Shown here: one piece after another, positions 25,681-37,123 of the stretch | How the letters are laid out: each line of letters begins with the position of its first letter | Position numbering within the stretch: the first letter of the stretch is position 1 | Program-made: the position numbers and the translations under genes | Notes under the pieces: model-generated | Database searches by the model: none | What the model was told of the DNA's origin: nothing | What the model saw: the letters and a program-made list of their open reading frames with translations, nothing else | From: Vicugna vicugna | Taxonomy: Eukaryota | DNA length: 64,000 nucleotides | Assembly: GCA_013265495.1 (NCBI GenBank) | Contig: MU057801.1 | Coordinates: 1,915,879-1,979,878 of the forward strand | Reading direction: 5' to 3'

Positions 25681-26434
25681 CTCGCTTGCTGCCCGGGTTT
25701 CTCCAGGTCTCCTGACTTCTGTCCCCACCCCGGCGGACCTCCTGCCATTTGCTGTCCCATCTGGAGCCCAGGCACTTTTTCTGAAATTCCATGCTCCTAG
25801 CTTAAGCCCCCTCCCTGGTTAACCATTACCTCAGAGATAGCAGCCGCATTCCTCAGCCCGCGCTCCCGGCCCCCTCCTCACCTGTCCCCACTCCCTCTCC
25901 AGCCTCCTCCTCCAGCCTCTGCTCTGGACTCACCGGATAATTTCAAAGCCAGCGTAGACCATTGGGTGCTCACTGGGGCCGCACGAACGTCTCTCCTCCT
26001 CACGTCCACCCCAGGCGGAGGACCTATGAATGCCTCACAGGTGAAGCAACTGGGGTTCAAAGAGGTTAAGTCACTTGCTTGGAAGCTGGTTTGTTCAAAC
26101 CTAGGTCTGTGTAGCTCCGAGACTCGTGCTCTTGCCCCCAGGCTCTGGGAAACGGGGTGACTGCCTGGTGTGGACCACCCTGCCTGTCGCCCCCAGCCCC
26201 ACCCAGCTGATTGCTTCAGACCTCAGTTCACGGCTCAGCCTCTGGAAAGCCGTGGTTGGTCTGTGGCCCCCGGAGACTCCGGTGTCTCAGGAGACTTTCA
26301 CGTCTCATCCTCCTTTGGGGGGGGTTCCCATCACTTGCAGGGTGCGTCCTTGGCCTCACAGTATGTCTCCAGGAAGACAGCAATCCCGCCATGGTGAATA
26401 CACACATCCTCGCGCCTATATCACACAGGATATA

Positions 26435-26495
26435 CCACACACGCACACACGCGCACACGCACACACACGCACGCACACGCACATGCACACGCACA
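26435..26495. repeat. Imperfect (CA)n/(CACG)n alternating purine-pyrimidine repeat
   Basis: CACACACGCACACACGCGCACACGCACACACACGCACGCACACGC... Confidence 0.9.
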
Positions 26496-26749
26496 GCTCC
26501 TATGCAAACAGCTAAGCCAGTCTCTGGGAGCCTGTCCCCACTGGTCCGGGCTAGGCCTCTGGGGGGTTTATCCCACTTTGGTGCCCCTGACGTCCGACAC
26601 ATGGCAGCAAATGAAAGCTGGGAGGGCAAACAGCACATAGCAGGGAAAATGGCTGCTTTTTTTCCCTGGACACAGACAACACACCAGGCACCGAGCCGGC
26701 TGTCTGGCAGGGACCGTCTTGTCCTGACTGCTCACCTTGAAACTCCGAG

Positions 26750-26870
26750 GTAGGGAGTTTTCTAACCTACATTCTGTTGATGGGGAAACAACAAATCAGA
26801 GAGGTTAAGCAAGTCACTTGCAGTCCCACAGCTAGAGTGAAGACGATTGAGGTTTCAAAACAGCCCAGCT
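26750..26870 (-). mobile_element. MIR fragment
   Basis: GATGGGGAAAC...CAGAGAGGTTAAGCAAGTCACTTGCAGTCCCACAGCTAG. Confidence 0.6.
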
Positions 26871-27299
26871 GAGGGCGAAGCTTGTCTGCCTTTCCAGAGA
26901 ATGAAGACTCTCCACTGCTCCTCGGAACACAGCTCAGCCCCGGCCCCTCGCCCAAGCCAAACCCACCGAGATCGTAATCTTACTGCTTGTTTTTTCAGTA
27001 TCTCTCCTTAAAAAGAAAAAATCACACAAAAATTCAACAGCAGCTCAAGCGGGGCTTGTCCGGTGGGGAAGGCAGCAGGACGAGCGCCCGCCTTGACCTG
27101 ACAGCACAGGTTCACCGGCAAAAAGGCCGAGCCCCACTGTCCCCCCTCAGTGAGCAGGCAGCCCACCTTAGCTTCTAGAACTTTCTCACAGAAACTCAGC
27201 CAGGCCGCCTAGGTCTTGCCTCTCTTGTACTTCTTTCAGTTGAAGACGCCTTCATCTGTGAGCTGTATCCTTGACTTAATACCATCTTTGCAGGGAAAC

Positions 27300-28560
27300 G
27301 GATAGAAAACTCCCATGGTAACTGCACCCAACTTTACCCCACACCTCATGCCCCGCAGAAGAGGCACTCAGAGTGGGTCACAGACCTGAATGTAAGACTG
27401 TCAAACTTCCAGGAGCACGCAAGTCCAAAAGCCTGTGTGATCTTGAATTAGACAAATATTGCTTAGATATGACACCAAAATTCCACACGTGAAAGGAAAA
27501 ATGATGAATGATCGGACTTCATCCGAAAGAGAGAGCTATTCTTTCATTGTTGTTGTTGATATGGAGGGACCGGGGATTGAACCTGGGACCTCGAGCAAGC
27601 TGAGTACGCCCTGTACCACTGAGCTACACCCATCCTCCCGAAAAATTATCCTCAAAAAGAAACTGTTAAGAAAATGGAAAACAAGCCCCAAATGGGGGGA
27701 TAATGTTTTCAAAGCACACATCAGATACAGGACTTGTCCAGAATGTGTAAGGAAAAAAAACTCCAAATTCAGTGAAAAGAAAACAAATAATCCAATTCCA
27801 AGCTTGAACAGACCCTTCAGAAAGGAGATATACGGACGAGTCATCCTATGGAAAGACGCTCCACATCATTTGTCACCAGGGAAACGCGAGCTGAAACGAC
27901 CGTGAAATATCAATGTGCCCAGACCAGAATTTCTACAAAAGGCTGGATCCCAGGACACAGCACGCTCACGCACTGCTGGTGAGAGGGCAAGCTGGCGCAG
28001 CAGCTTTGGGGAACGATTGGGCAGCTTCCTAAAAATTAGACATGCACTTACCACGTGGCCCAGAAATCTTACTCTTAACTGTTTACCCAGGAGAAACGAA
28101 AACACACGTCCACACAAAAACCTGGACGTGAATGTTTATAGCGGCTTGATTCATAACAACCCGAAACCGGAAACAACGCAGATGTCTTTAAATGGTGACT
28201 GGGTGGACACGGGACACCCCCACCCTGAGGACCACCCAGCAGGAGAGAGGGACTGACCACCAATATACGTGGAACAGTGGACCAATTTCAGAGCATTCCC
28301 GGAGCCAAAGCAGCCCCACACAGGAAGGCTGCTCAGATCCGACTCCGTCTCCACGACGTTCTGGAGAAGACAAAACTCTAAGGACAGACTGCTGATCGCC
28401 AGGGACCAGGAGGGGAGGGCTTGGCCGCAAAGAGGCACAAGGGAACATTCCTGGGTGAAGGTGCTGTTTCTTGATTTTGGCGTTGGTTATCTGGCAGTGT
28501 GTGCTTGTCAAACTCCAGGAGCTGTGCGCTGGGACGGGCGCACTTTCCTGCACCGACGGC
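27300..28560 (+). mobile_element. Old L1M (L1MB/MC-type) ORF2 end and 3' UTR, interrupted by a SINE
   Basis: CACAGACCTGAATGTAAG...AAAATGGAAAACAAGCCCCAAATGGGGGGATAATGTT...CACTGCTGGTGAGAGGGCAAGCTGG...TTTACCCAGGAGAAACGAAAACACACGTCCACACAAAAACCTG. Confidence 0.8.
27540..27639 (-). mobile_element. tRNA-derived SINE (Vic-1-like) nested in the L1M
   Basis: Minus strand GGGTGTAGCTCAGTGGTACAGGGCGTACTCAGCTTGCTCGAGGTCCCAGGTTCAATCCCCGG with a (CAA)n tail. Confidence 0.8.
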
Positions 28561-29379
28561 GCGGGCGTGCCTCCGCAAGAAGGGTGTCCCCATTTAGCGC
28601 GACCAGCGGTGGAGGAGAAACCGAGTGCCTGAGCTGAGGCTTTATCTGCACAGAGAGGTTTTCTGTAGGCAATTACTCTACCTATTAAATAGTTAGCTGC
28701 CTTTGACATGGGTTTTCAAAGGCATGTAAACTTCAGAAACAATGGGAGGTGGCGGCAAACCTTTCAGAGCCAAGCAGACACAGCAGGTGAGTCTGCGACC
28801 GCATGACTTGCACTGCGCAGCCAGTCACAGGAAGGGCCCGCTCATGCACACCTCTCCCCACTCTGAGAGCGTGTGTCAGCCGGCCCTGTCCACTCGGTGT
28901 CCCAGGACGTGGGGTGGGCTCCCTTCTGTTTCATCCCCCAAGAAGGACGTGGGGACATCAGACAAGACAGCACCGGGGCGAGGGAGCAGGATGTCCCTCC
29001 GTGCGGACGCCTTCGGGAACTTCCTGATGGATGAACACAGGGTCTGGGCTTCCATGTTCCAAAGCTTAGCGCCGAATGGAGGGCCTCCCTCAGTGTCTGA
29101 GACCCCAGCTGCAGTGGACGTTCCTGTGCACACGTCCTGGCCTTGTCTTCGCTCCCTGCCGGAGTGGACACCCAGCCACACTGAGAATCCGGCTGCACAA
29201 AAGCATTGTTGCTTCATTGTACAGAAGCCATTAGCCTTTGTAACTAGAATCAGCATTAGAAATGATGGACACGGTGCAGCTGAAAGGATGCCCTGGGTGG
29301 GACATGGCATCACGCGGCGGCACCCAGCAGCAGACACACAGCCTGAATCTAAGTGTGAGGACATGGGGAAAATGAAAAT

Positions 29380-29815
29380 AAGGAACTGTATTCTTCAAAA
29401 CTTTCAATATCATGAAGTGCAAAAAAAAAGATTGTAGTAACTTTTCCCATAAAAGAGACCCCAAGCCTGTGACGCTGTGTTCTGGAGGGAGGAATGCTAA
29501 ACAGTGCGTTATGGAGTCGAATTATCAACAAAATCAGAGCACTGATGGTAGATTGCAAAAAATATTGTCGATGTTAAATTCACTGAGGGGGACGACTGTA
29601 CTATGTTATGCCAAAGAAATCCCATGTTATAGAAGATAGACACCAAAATATTTAGGAGCAAATAGGAAATATTTGGGAGGGTCATGATGTGCGCCATTTG
29701 CTCTCTGATGGTTTGGAAAAGAAATACTACTTCTTGAAATTATTTGTATAATTATTATTAAGTTATTATTATTGAGATGATTATTATTACCAAAATTATT
29801 TCCAAATAAAAACCT
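29380..29815 (+). mobile_element. Old L1ME/L1MC-type 3' UTR fragment
   Basis: TTCTTCAAAACTTTCAATATCATGAA...GATGTTAAATTCACTGAG...AAATATTTAGG...ATTATTTCCAAATAAAAA. Confidence 0.6.
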
Positions 29816-30719
29816 TTTAGGGGCAGGGCACACCAGGCTGGGGAAAAAAAAAAAGCTTTAAAAAATGTAGTTTTTGAAGCAAGTGGATTTTAACACCACG
29901 AGCTTGGCTGAGTGCAGGCGGTGGGGGGAGGCGGAGACCGGAGCGTCTCCGAGCCCCAAGGAAGCTCTCCACAGGCCGGGTCCTTATGAAAATGTCAGTT
30001 CTAAATATCACTTGACAGATGCTTTTCCCAGGCTTTTTACTGGGACAGACGCCAGGCGAGCTGTGCTTTCTCCCGCAGACAGTGTCTTCTGCGATGCGGT
30101 GAGGCCCCGGCAGACACCCGCCTGCCAATCATTTCCAGCACAACGATCTCCATTTCTCCATAAATCCTCCAAAGGAGGGTGAGCTATTTACAGCCTGCGG
30201 GTTGGTGTTCTTCGTCTTCCCCTGTTTGGCTTCACGAGGACTTTCTTGGCTGTATCAGTGGTCCTGCTGGTCAGTGACGCAGGCAGCTCCATGACACCCT
30301 CTTGCCCACCTCACGGTCATGGTAAGGCCACTTGGGGTGGGGAGGTGCATAGATTACAAGGAGGAAAAAGAAATGAACTCTCACCTTTTGCTTTCATCAT
30401 ACATTTGTGGCCCTGACACATGGGCTATTGATACAAGGAGAGGGATGGTTTGGTTCAGAGTTTGGAGATTTGGATAAAACTCTTGCAGGAATTTCCAGCT
30501 CTCAGAGGACTGACACACTGAAAGTTTAACGATCACACAAGTCAATGTGGACTGGATGGTTCCTCTCCACGTGGCGACTCAGGGCCCCAGGCCCCCTGAT
30601 GGTGGTGGTGGGGTCATCGCCACCACGCACCCTGGGAGGGAAGGAGGAAGGAGGAAGGAGGAGCAAGTCTAGTGAGGCTCACGTCACTTCCGTCCACATC
30701 ACACAGTCGATAATCACAG

Positions 30720-31133
30720 GTGTCCACACTGCTCCACCAAGAGGCAGGGTCTCCTTCCTCCTCTAGCACCTGGGTGGACATTTATAATGAATGCAATGGA
30801 AGTGACAGTGCATGATTTCCAAGACCAAGTTATAAAAGGAAGCCTGGCTTTGGCATGGTTTCCTTTCTCCATCTCTGGGGCTCATGCTTGGACTCAAACC
30901 ACCATGTTGGGAAGAAGCCTGAGCCACGTGGAGAGGCCATGTGTGCATTTTCCAATTAAATGGTTCCCAACGGCCAAAATCAGCTGCTGGATCTAATAAG
31001 TGAATGAGCCGTCCCACCCTACCCCACTGAATTACTGACCTACAGAAACAATAATAAATAATAAAATGTTGCTGTTGTTTAAGGCCACTAATTTGGGGGG
31101 TAACTTGTTACACGGCTGTAAGTGACTGATACA
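30720..31133 (+). mobile_element. MaLR LTR (MLT1-type) solo fragment
   Basis: GGAAGTGACAGTGCATGATTTCCAAGACCAAGTTATAAAAGG...CCACGTGGAGAGGCCATGTG...TGTTGTTTAAGGCCACTAATTTGGGGGTAACTTGTTACACGGCTGTAAGTGACTGATACA terminus. Confidence 0.8.
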
Positions 31134-31222
31134 ACGTGCATCTGGCTAGTCTGTGCTGTAATTCCCTAGCCTTTTCACATGGTTACTCATCAGGATTCTC
31201 CAACTACCAGCTGAGAGGAAAA

Positions 31223-31265
31223 CCACCACCATCACTGTCGCCACCACCACCACCACCACCACCAT
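31223..31265. repeat. (CCA)n trinucleotide repeat, interrupted
   Basis: Directly visible. Confidence 0.9.
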
Positions 31266-34200
31266 TACTGAGTCCACAGGGGCTTGGCAAGAAATGCAGG
31301 TGTCACACTGAGAAAAGGAAATTGTGGAGGGTATTGTAAAGGCATTTCGGGCTGGGTTTAGGGCTGGGTGGGAGCAGGTCACAAATGAAGAAGTTACTCA
31401 AGTCTTTGTTGGGCACTTTTTGTTCCCAACTCTGTGCTGAGCCCTGAGGTAAGTGAAGCGGCCCCAGCTCTGCAGTGTCCCTCTTCTCACGCAAGAGGGA
31501 CAGAACCCGCCGTGAAGTCAGCACAGCAGTTGTCGTGAGCGCCAGCAGCCTGGCACAGCGTGGGCGTCTGAGCTGGAGTTTTCTCCACTCTAATGTGGAC
31601 AGGAGAGGGGAGCCCTGGCTTAAGGCCTCCCGCCTGGGGGGCCGGCTGGTCCAGGGTTGTGTTTCCACTGCGTGCCCAGGGAAGGGCAGGAAGGCCACGC
31701 TGGCCATGCCAGGTGGTGTCCCCATCCGTGGCTTCCAGTGAGCAGGGTCCTGAAACACAGGAAGGACCTGCTTCAGCAGGAGGAAGGAGCGGGGAGCCCC
31801 AGAACTCTGGGGGGAGGGTGCAGTCAGTAAGGAGCTTAGTGTGGGGTTTGCGTGGAGAGGAACGAGGCTGGGACAGCCATCAGAGAGCAGATGGGGCTGC
31901 TGGAGGAGCAGCTCAGTCTGGTCTCGCAGGGACTGAGGGCTGAGCACAGGAGCTGGGGGCTCGGCGGTGCTTGCCGGCTGCCGGTCCCCAGGGCAAGATG
32001 CTGGACTGCCAGCCACAAGGAGAAACAGGAGGGCTGGACGTGAGTGCTGGAGGTGAGGATGGGAGAGAGGGTTAATGAGAGACGAGGCTTCGTGGAAGGA
32101 GAGCCGGCAGAACATATGGCGCCTCAGGAAACACGGGGACGCTCGGGGTGGGTCAGGACGGAGCCTGGGGCGGGGCTGTCTGGCCGGCAGCGGAAGCGGG
32201 GAGACTGGAGAGCTCAGGAGGCAGGTGAGCTGGGTGCCGAGAAGAAGGTCCTCCACGGAGAGGCGATGGCCGTAGGCAGATCCGGTGCAGCCTCGGACGG
32301 GACAGTCCGAGAAGGAAGAGCTGAGCCCTGGCCCACACGAGGCCCCTCAGGAGCGGGGAGGAGGAGGAGCGGCGGCGAGTTAAGGACGAGGTTACAAAAC
32401 CAGCAGAAAGCCGGTGGTCCTATCATCCCGGGGAAGGGAGAGCCCCAGGAAGGGCAAGTAGGTGAGGGGCGTCCCCGCTGCCGCAGGCACAGGCGGCGCC
32501 ACCAGGGGCGCGGCCACGGGGCTTGTGTCGGAATTCATCCCTCACAGGCACTCTGGTAGCAAACGAAGTGGCGAGGAGCCGGGAAAAGTGTACCAAGCAA
32601 GGCGTCTGCAGCGCCACATCCGGGGGGGGGGGGCCCTGCAGCCAGGTCCTCCAGGGGGGAGTCGAGGAGAATCCAGGAGGAAAGGGGGCTTAGTGGACGG
32701 GAGGGTGGCCGCCTCAGACCCAGTCCACTCCAACATCAAACTGCTGAGAGATCTGGGGCCAAAGTCTTGAAGACTGGGAGCCCCAGTCTTTTCACTTTTT
32801 ACTTTGGAAATTTGCAGACGCAGCAGAAAGAACAGTGCACCCGCCCCTAGGCCCCCACCCTCCCCGACCCGCGGCCAGTCCTGATTCCCCTTCGTCCACC
32901 TGCTTCCGTGCCCAGCGGGCTCATCTGGAAGTTCAGTCTACACGGCAAGTCACTGCTTCTTTAATTACTTCCTTGATCGCCACTCTAGGAGGGAAAGCCT
33001 TTCAGAAGTACAGCCACACGCCCTTGCTATGTGTAAACAGGTAACAGTCTCTCCCGAACAGCTAGAAGTGTTTAAATTTCCCCAGTGATCTTGCGTGGGA
33101 AAGGAGCTGCTTTACTGAGAACAGGAGCCACACCAGTTCCACCGGTGGCGTTCCGCTAACGTGCGTCTTCAGTCCCTTTTAAATGACAAGTCCTCCGTCT
33201 CTTTCTCTTCCCGGCCATCCTTTTTAAAGAAGGCAGTGCATCCCGCTTCCCACCGTCCGGACTCCGCTGACAGCACCCACGTGGTGCAATCGAAGAGGTT
33301 CCTCTGTGCCCCGTTCCCTGCCAGCTCGGAGTCCCGCCCGGGGCACGAGGCGGCCCCTGTTACCCGTTCCCCCCCTCCTGCCGCACGGCAGTGGGTGCCG
33401 GCGTCTGGTGGCCTCTCTCCGTGTTGCCCAGGTCTCCGTGTGGGTTCGGGGGCCCAACCACACCCACCCAGGGTGAATCCCCAGTGGGGTTTTCACCGTG
33501 TTGGCAGGAAACACAAGTTCTTACTTTCCTCCCAAAACTCCAATCTATTTTGATCATTGGGAAAGTGACTGTCGACACAGCAGGTCAGCACGTATAAAAC
33601 ATCAATATTTCTTAAAAGTAAAAGTGATGTTCGTGTCCACTCCAAATTGTACTTGGTTTTTCTAAAGTGAAAGAAGTGTCTGGAGCGCAACCTGTGGGAG
33701 ACGCTGAAGTCACAGGCATGAAACGCCTCGAACAAAGTGCGGCGGTGGCTGTGGGGAGCGTCTCTCGCCCAAAACGCCCCTCTGGGGGCAGTGACACCAA
33801 TTCCAGCAACCAGGTGGTGCCGGAAGCCGGGCTTCCTCTTCAGGAGAGTCTTCCCTGTGATACGGGACCAAGACTAGGGGCTGGCAGAGAGAATGAAAAC
33901 GTCATCATGAATGGGAGCTTAGAAGAGCTAACAGGATTTGGTAAATAATTACAAGAAGGGAGAGGGGTTGCCAGTTCCTTGACCCATGGAATCTCAAGTA
34001 ACAAAAGGCTGTGAATTGGAAGTGTCACCAGAACGTGAAAACTCCTGCCGATCGGAGCCAGGGGCTCCCGGCGGCATGGCTCCGGCTTCGCAGGTGACTG
34101 GCGTGTCCCCAGAAATGGCCTCCAGCCGTCAGCCTCCACCCTTTACTCCCTGGAGCCAGACTTCCCAGAACACGGCGGGCACATCACAAGTGGGCCCGTC

Positions 34201-37088
34201 ACCTCGGGGACACTCCAGGACACTGAGCCTGCACAGAGAGCATTTTCAGGGAATAAAATATCAGCCTACTTATCTGAAAACTACCCAAATGCTTCAGATC
34301 CTGAGTAATGAATGGTTAAGGGAGCACACCGGAGGCGGGGAGCCACCGGCAGCCCTGCACACATGGAGAATTCTGTGGAATAGGTGAAAATTGTGGGCTC
34401 TTCTACGTAGTCAAAGCTATTAACGATTTCGCGCACGGCGGAGCCCTGGGGGCTGAGGCGTGAGAATGGGCAGGGTGGGGGGCACGCTCGGGGGCCCACA
34501 CCTGCACCCTGGAGGTGAGGAAGAAGGAAGGGGAGGTGGTGAAAGCTAGAAAGGAAGGCTGGAGGGAAGCCACTCAGTCCCGGAACCGGCCCCTCAGATG
34601 CTTCTGGTCACCGTCCATCAGCAGAGAGGGCGTGGATGACAGGAGCTCAGCGTTACCACGCAGACTCCCCTTAGCCCGTCACTAAACCTACCAGTCGGAC
34701 CACAAGAACCTAGATGCCAACTGTTTCTACCCGTCTCCACACAAAATTCCCTTTGACACAGGGTGAGGGTCTCACACCGCCCAGCGACCCGCCCCAGACA
34801 AGACCCAACCTCAGACGCCGGCGCTGACCAGGGACAGGGCTGGCGGGGGCGCAGAAGCAGGCGTCCCCTGGGACGGCTGCGCCGATCCCCGGGACTACCT
34901 GGCCCTCTCAGTGCTGGGTCCAGGAGGGCCTCCGGCTCTGGCTTGGACGGAGTCAGTGGCTCCTGCGAACAGAGGATGCTGCAGAGGTGATGAGGAGAAC
35001 CCAGACATCCCTTCTCTGTCCAGAAGGCAGCGGTGGAGGCCCTGGGTCCAGCGCACGTGGGGAAGACCGCGGTCCTCGTGAGAAAGCAGCCGTGCAGGGC
35101 CGGCGGCCCTGCTGGTGGCTCTGGGTCCGCGGCTGGCCAGCCCAGATCCCTGCACCTGCCCCCGCTGGCACTTGAGCCTCACTTGAGACACATTCTTAAG
35201 ATACTCGTAAAAGCCATAGCAACCTTGTTGATGCTGGATTTGCCCTGAGACGCCAAGTCGAGAGGCCGGACAGGAGGAACAGGTTCCATTTCTCGCACGA
35301 AACGGGCAGGAGAGTGTGAGGGCCGCCAGCGAACTTCAGAGCTGACTGCTCGCACCCTGTTCTGCGCCATGTTCCCAGAACAAGAAACGGGCCCAAAACA
35401 CGTCTCTGGCATCACTCACCTCCTGGAAACTTTTGAAAAACAATTGTCTGTAAAACTGTTTGTGGTTTATCCTCTGACAGAGAAAGACTGAGGCCAGGAG
35501 AGAGGAGGAGGCGTTTCCACACCTTCCGGCAACGTCAGGGCAGCGAGGGTGGAGCCCACGCAGCTGGAGTGGATCCTGCGTTGAACATCAGAGCAGAGGG
35601 AATGCGGACAAGCCATCTCCAAGGCACGGGGTCCTGGGGTTATGACTGGGAGGATGAAACAGGGGATAGCCGAGTGGTCCCCGCATTGTCCGTGGAACCT
35701 GGACAGGCTGGAGGGCACAGGCGAGCTTGGAGGGCGTGGGAGGACCACTCTGTCTCTGTTGCAGGGGGGAGGTGCGAACGTGTGGACTGCAGGGAGGGAA
35801 CTTGGGAGGCGATGAGGGCCGGGAAGACGAGGCAGTAGGAGCAACAGCCTGGGCTGCTCACGGCCACGGGCAGAGGGGCTCCGGCCTGCCAGGGCCCTGA
35901 GAAGAGCTAAGGGGTGCTGGTGGGACGGAGCCCAGAGCGGCAGCACGGTCGCTGGTCCCCCAGGGCTTGGGAACCACCGTGACCGTGAGTTGGCCACACT
36001 CCGACCTGCACACATGGGAGAAGTCCTTGCTCTGTGACAGTGGCAGGTGCGTCACAGCCCCTGGGGACAGCCTTCTGCAGCCAGAGCAGGGGTCTGAGCG
36101 GAGGTGGCAAGGCTGTGAGATGGGCCCGGAGAAGCCCCCACACCCCAACCCCAACAAGCTGCTTCCCTTTCTTACCTGGTTCTGGAAGATGCTGACAGGC
36201 CCAGCGGGCCTGCGCCCCTCCCCTCCTGCCCGCCCCCCCCCATGCCCTGAGCCCCCAAGCTCTTGGCCGGGCCTCATCCAGTGGGGAGGAGAGCTGGTGT
36301 CCGAGGCGGGACCTCTGCCCGGGGGTCCCACGGGGCCTCCCCACCCCTGACTGCCGGGCCCGCCGTGAGGACCCTAGGCGTCTGTCTTTCTTGGACACTG
36401 AGGGCAGTGTGGACTCTTTTCAGAAGTGACTCACACAGGGGAGTCTGCAGGTCATTTTCTCTGTCTCCCAGAAAGGTCTGGAGGAATGGGTTTGAGCTGT
36501 CAGTTTCCCTCTGAAAATACTCCCAAGGTGGTGTCTCCCCAGATCAGTGCCAGGGCCCCCGAGCAGCGCACGGGGAAGGTGGGGAGAGGAGCGGCGCCGA
36601 GGCCGAGGGAGGAGGAGGAGGGCTGGGCGCCGAGCAGCCGCGCGGCCCTTACCGCCCACCCTGAGGAAGGCGGTGGAACCGTGTGGGGTCAGTGCTTCGG
36701 ACAGGAGACCCGGCCTGTGAAGGTGGGGCCGAGATCGAGGCAAATGCTCAGTCGTCCGTCCCCAAAACATGACAATCTCCGTGCGCCCCGGGGTCCCCGA
36801 GATGTGGGAGTGTGAACGTCTCTGCTGGGCGCCTCTTCACGGCCCTTTACACTTAAAACATCTTTTCCAAATAGTTTTTGGCCCTTTCTTCGGGGTAGGT
36901 ATTAAAACGCACCTCTTTTACAAGGTTCTTTCCCCAGAAGACACACCGTTAGGGTGATTTGGAACAGTCAGATCATGAATCGGAGAATTTAGGGTTTCCC
37001 CACCTTCCGACTCCTCTGCCAGGAGGGGAGCCGAGGAGAGGTGGCCAGGGGGCTGTCCCCTCCCAGGAGCGGTAATAGAGTGAGTTGC

Positions 37089-37123
37089 GGTTTGGTTTGG
37101 TTTGGTTTGGTTTGGTTTGGTTT
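37089..37123. repeat. (TTTGG)n pentanucleotide repeat
   Basis: About 7 perfect units. Confidence 0.95.

Noticed and set aside
32495..32515. CTCF-like CCACCAGGGGCGC
   Set aside because: One G short of the core spacing; cannot be supported without a PWM scan or ChIP.
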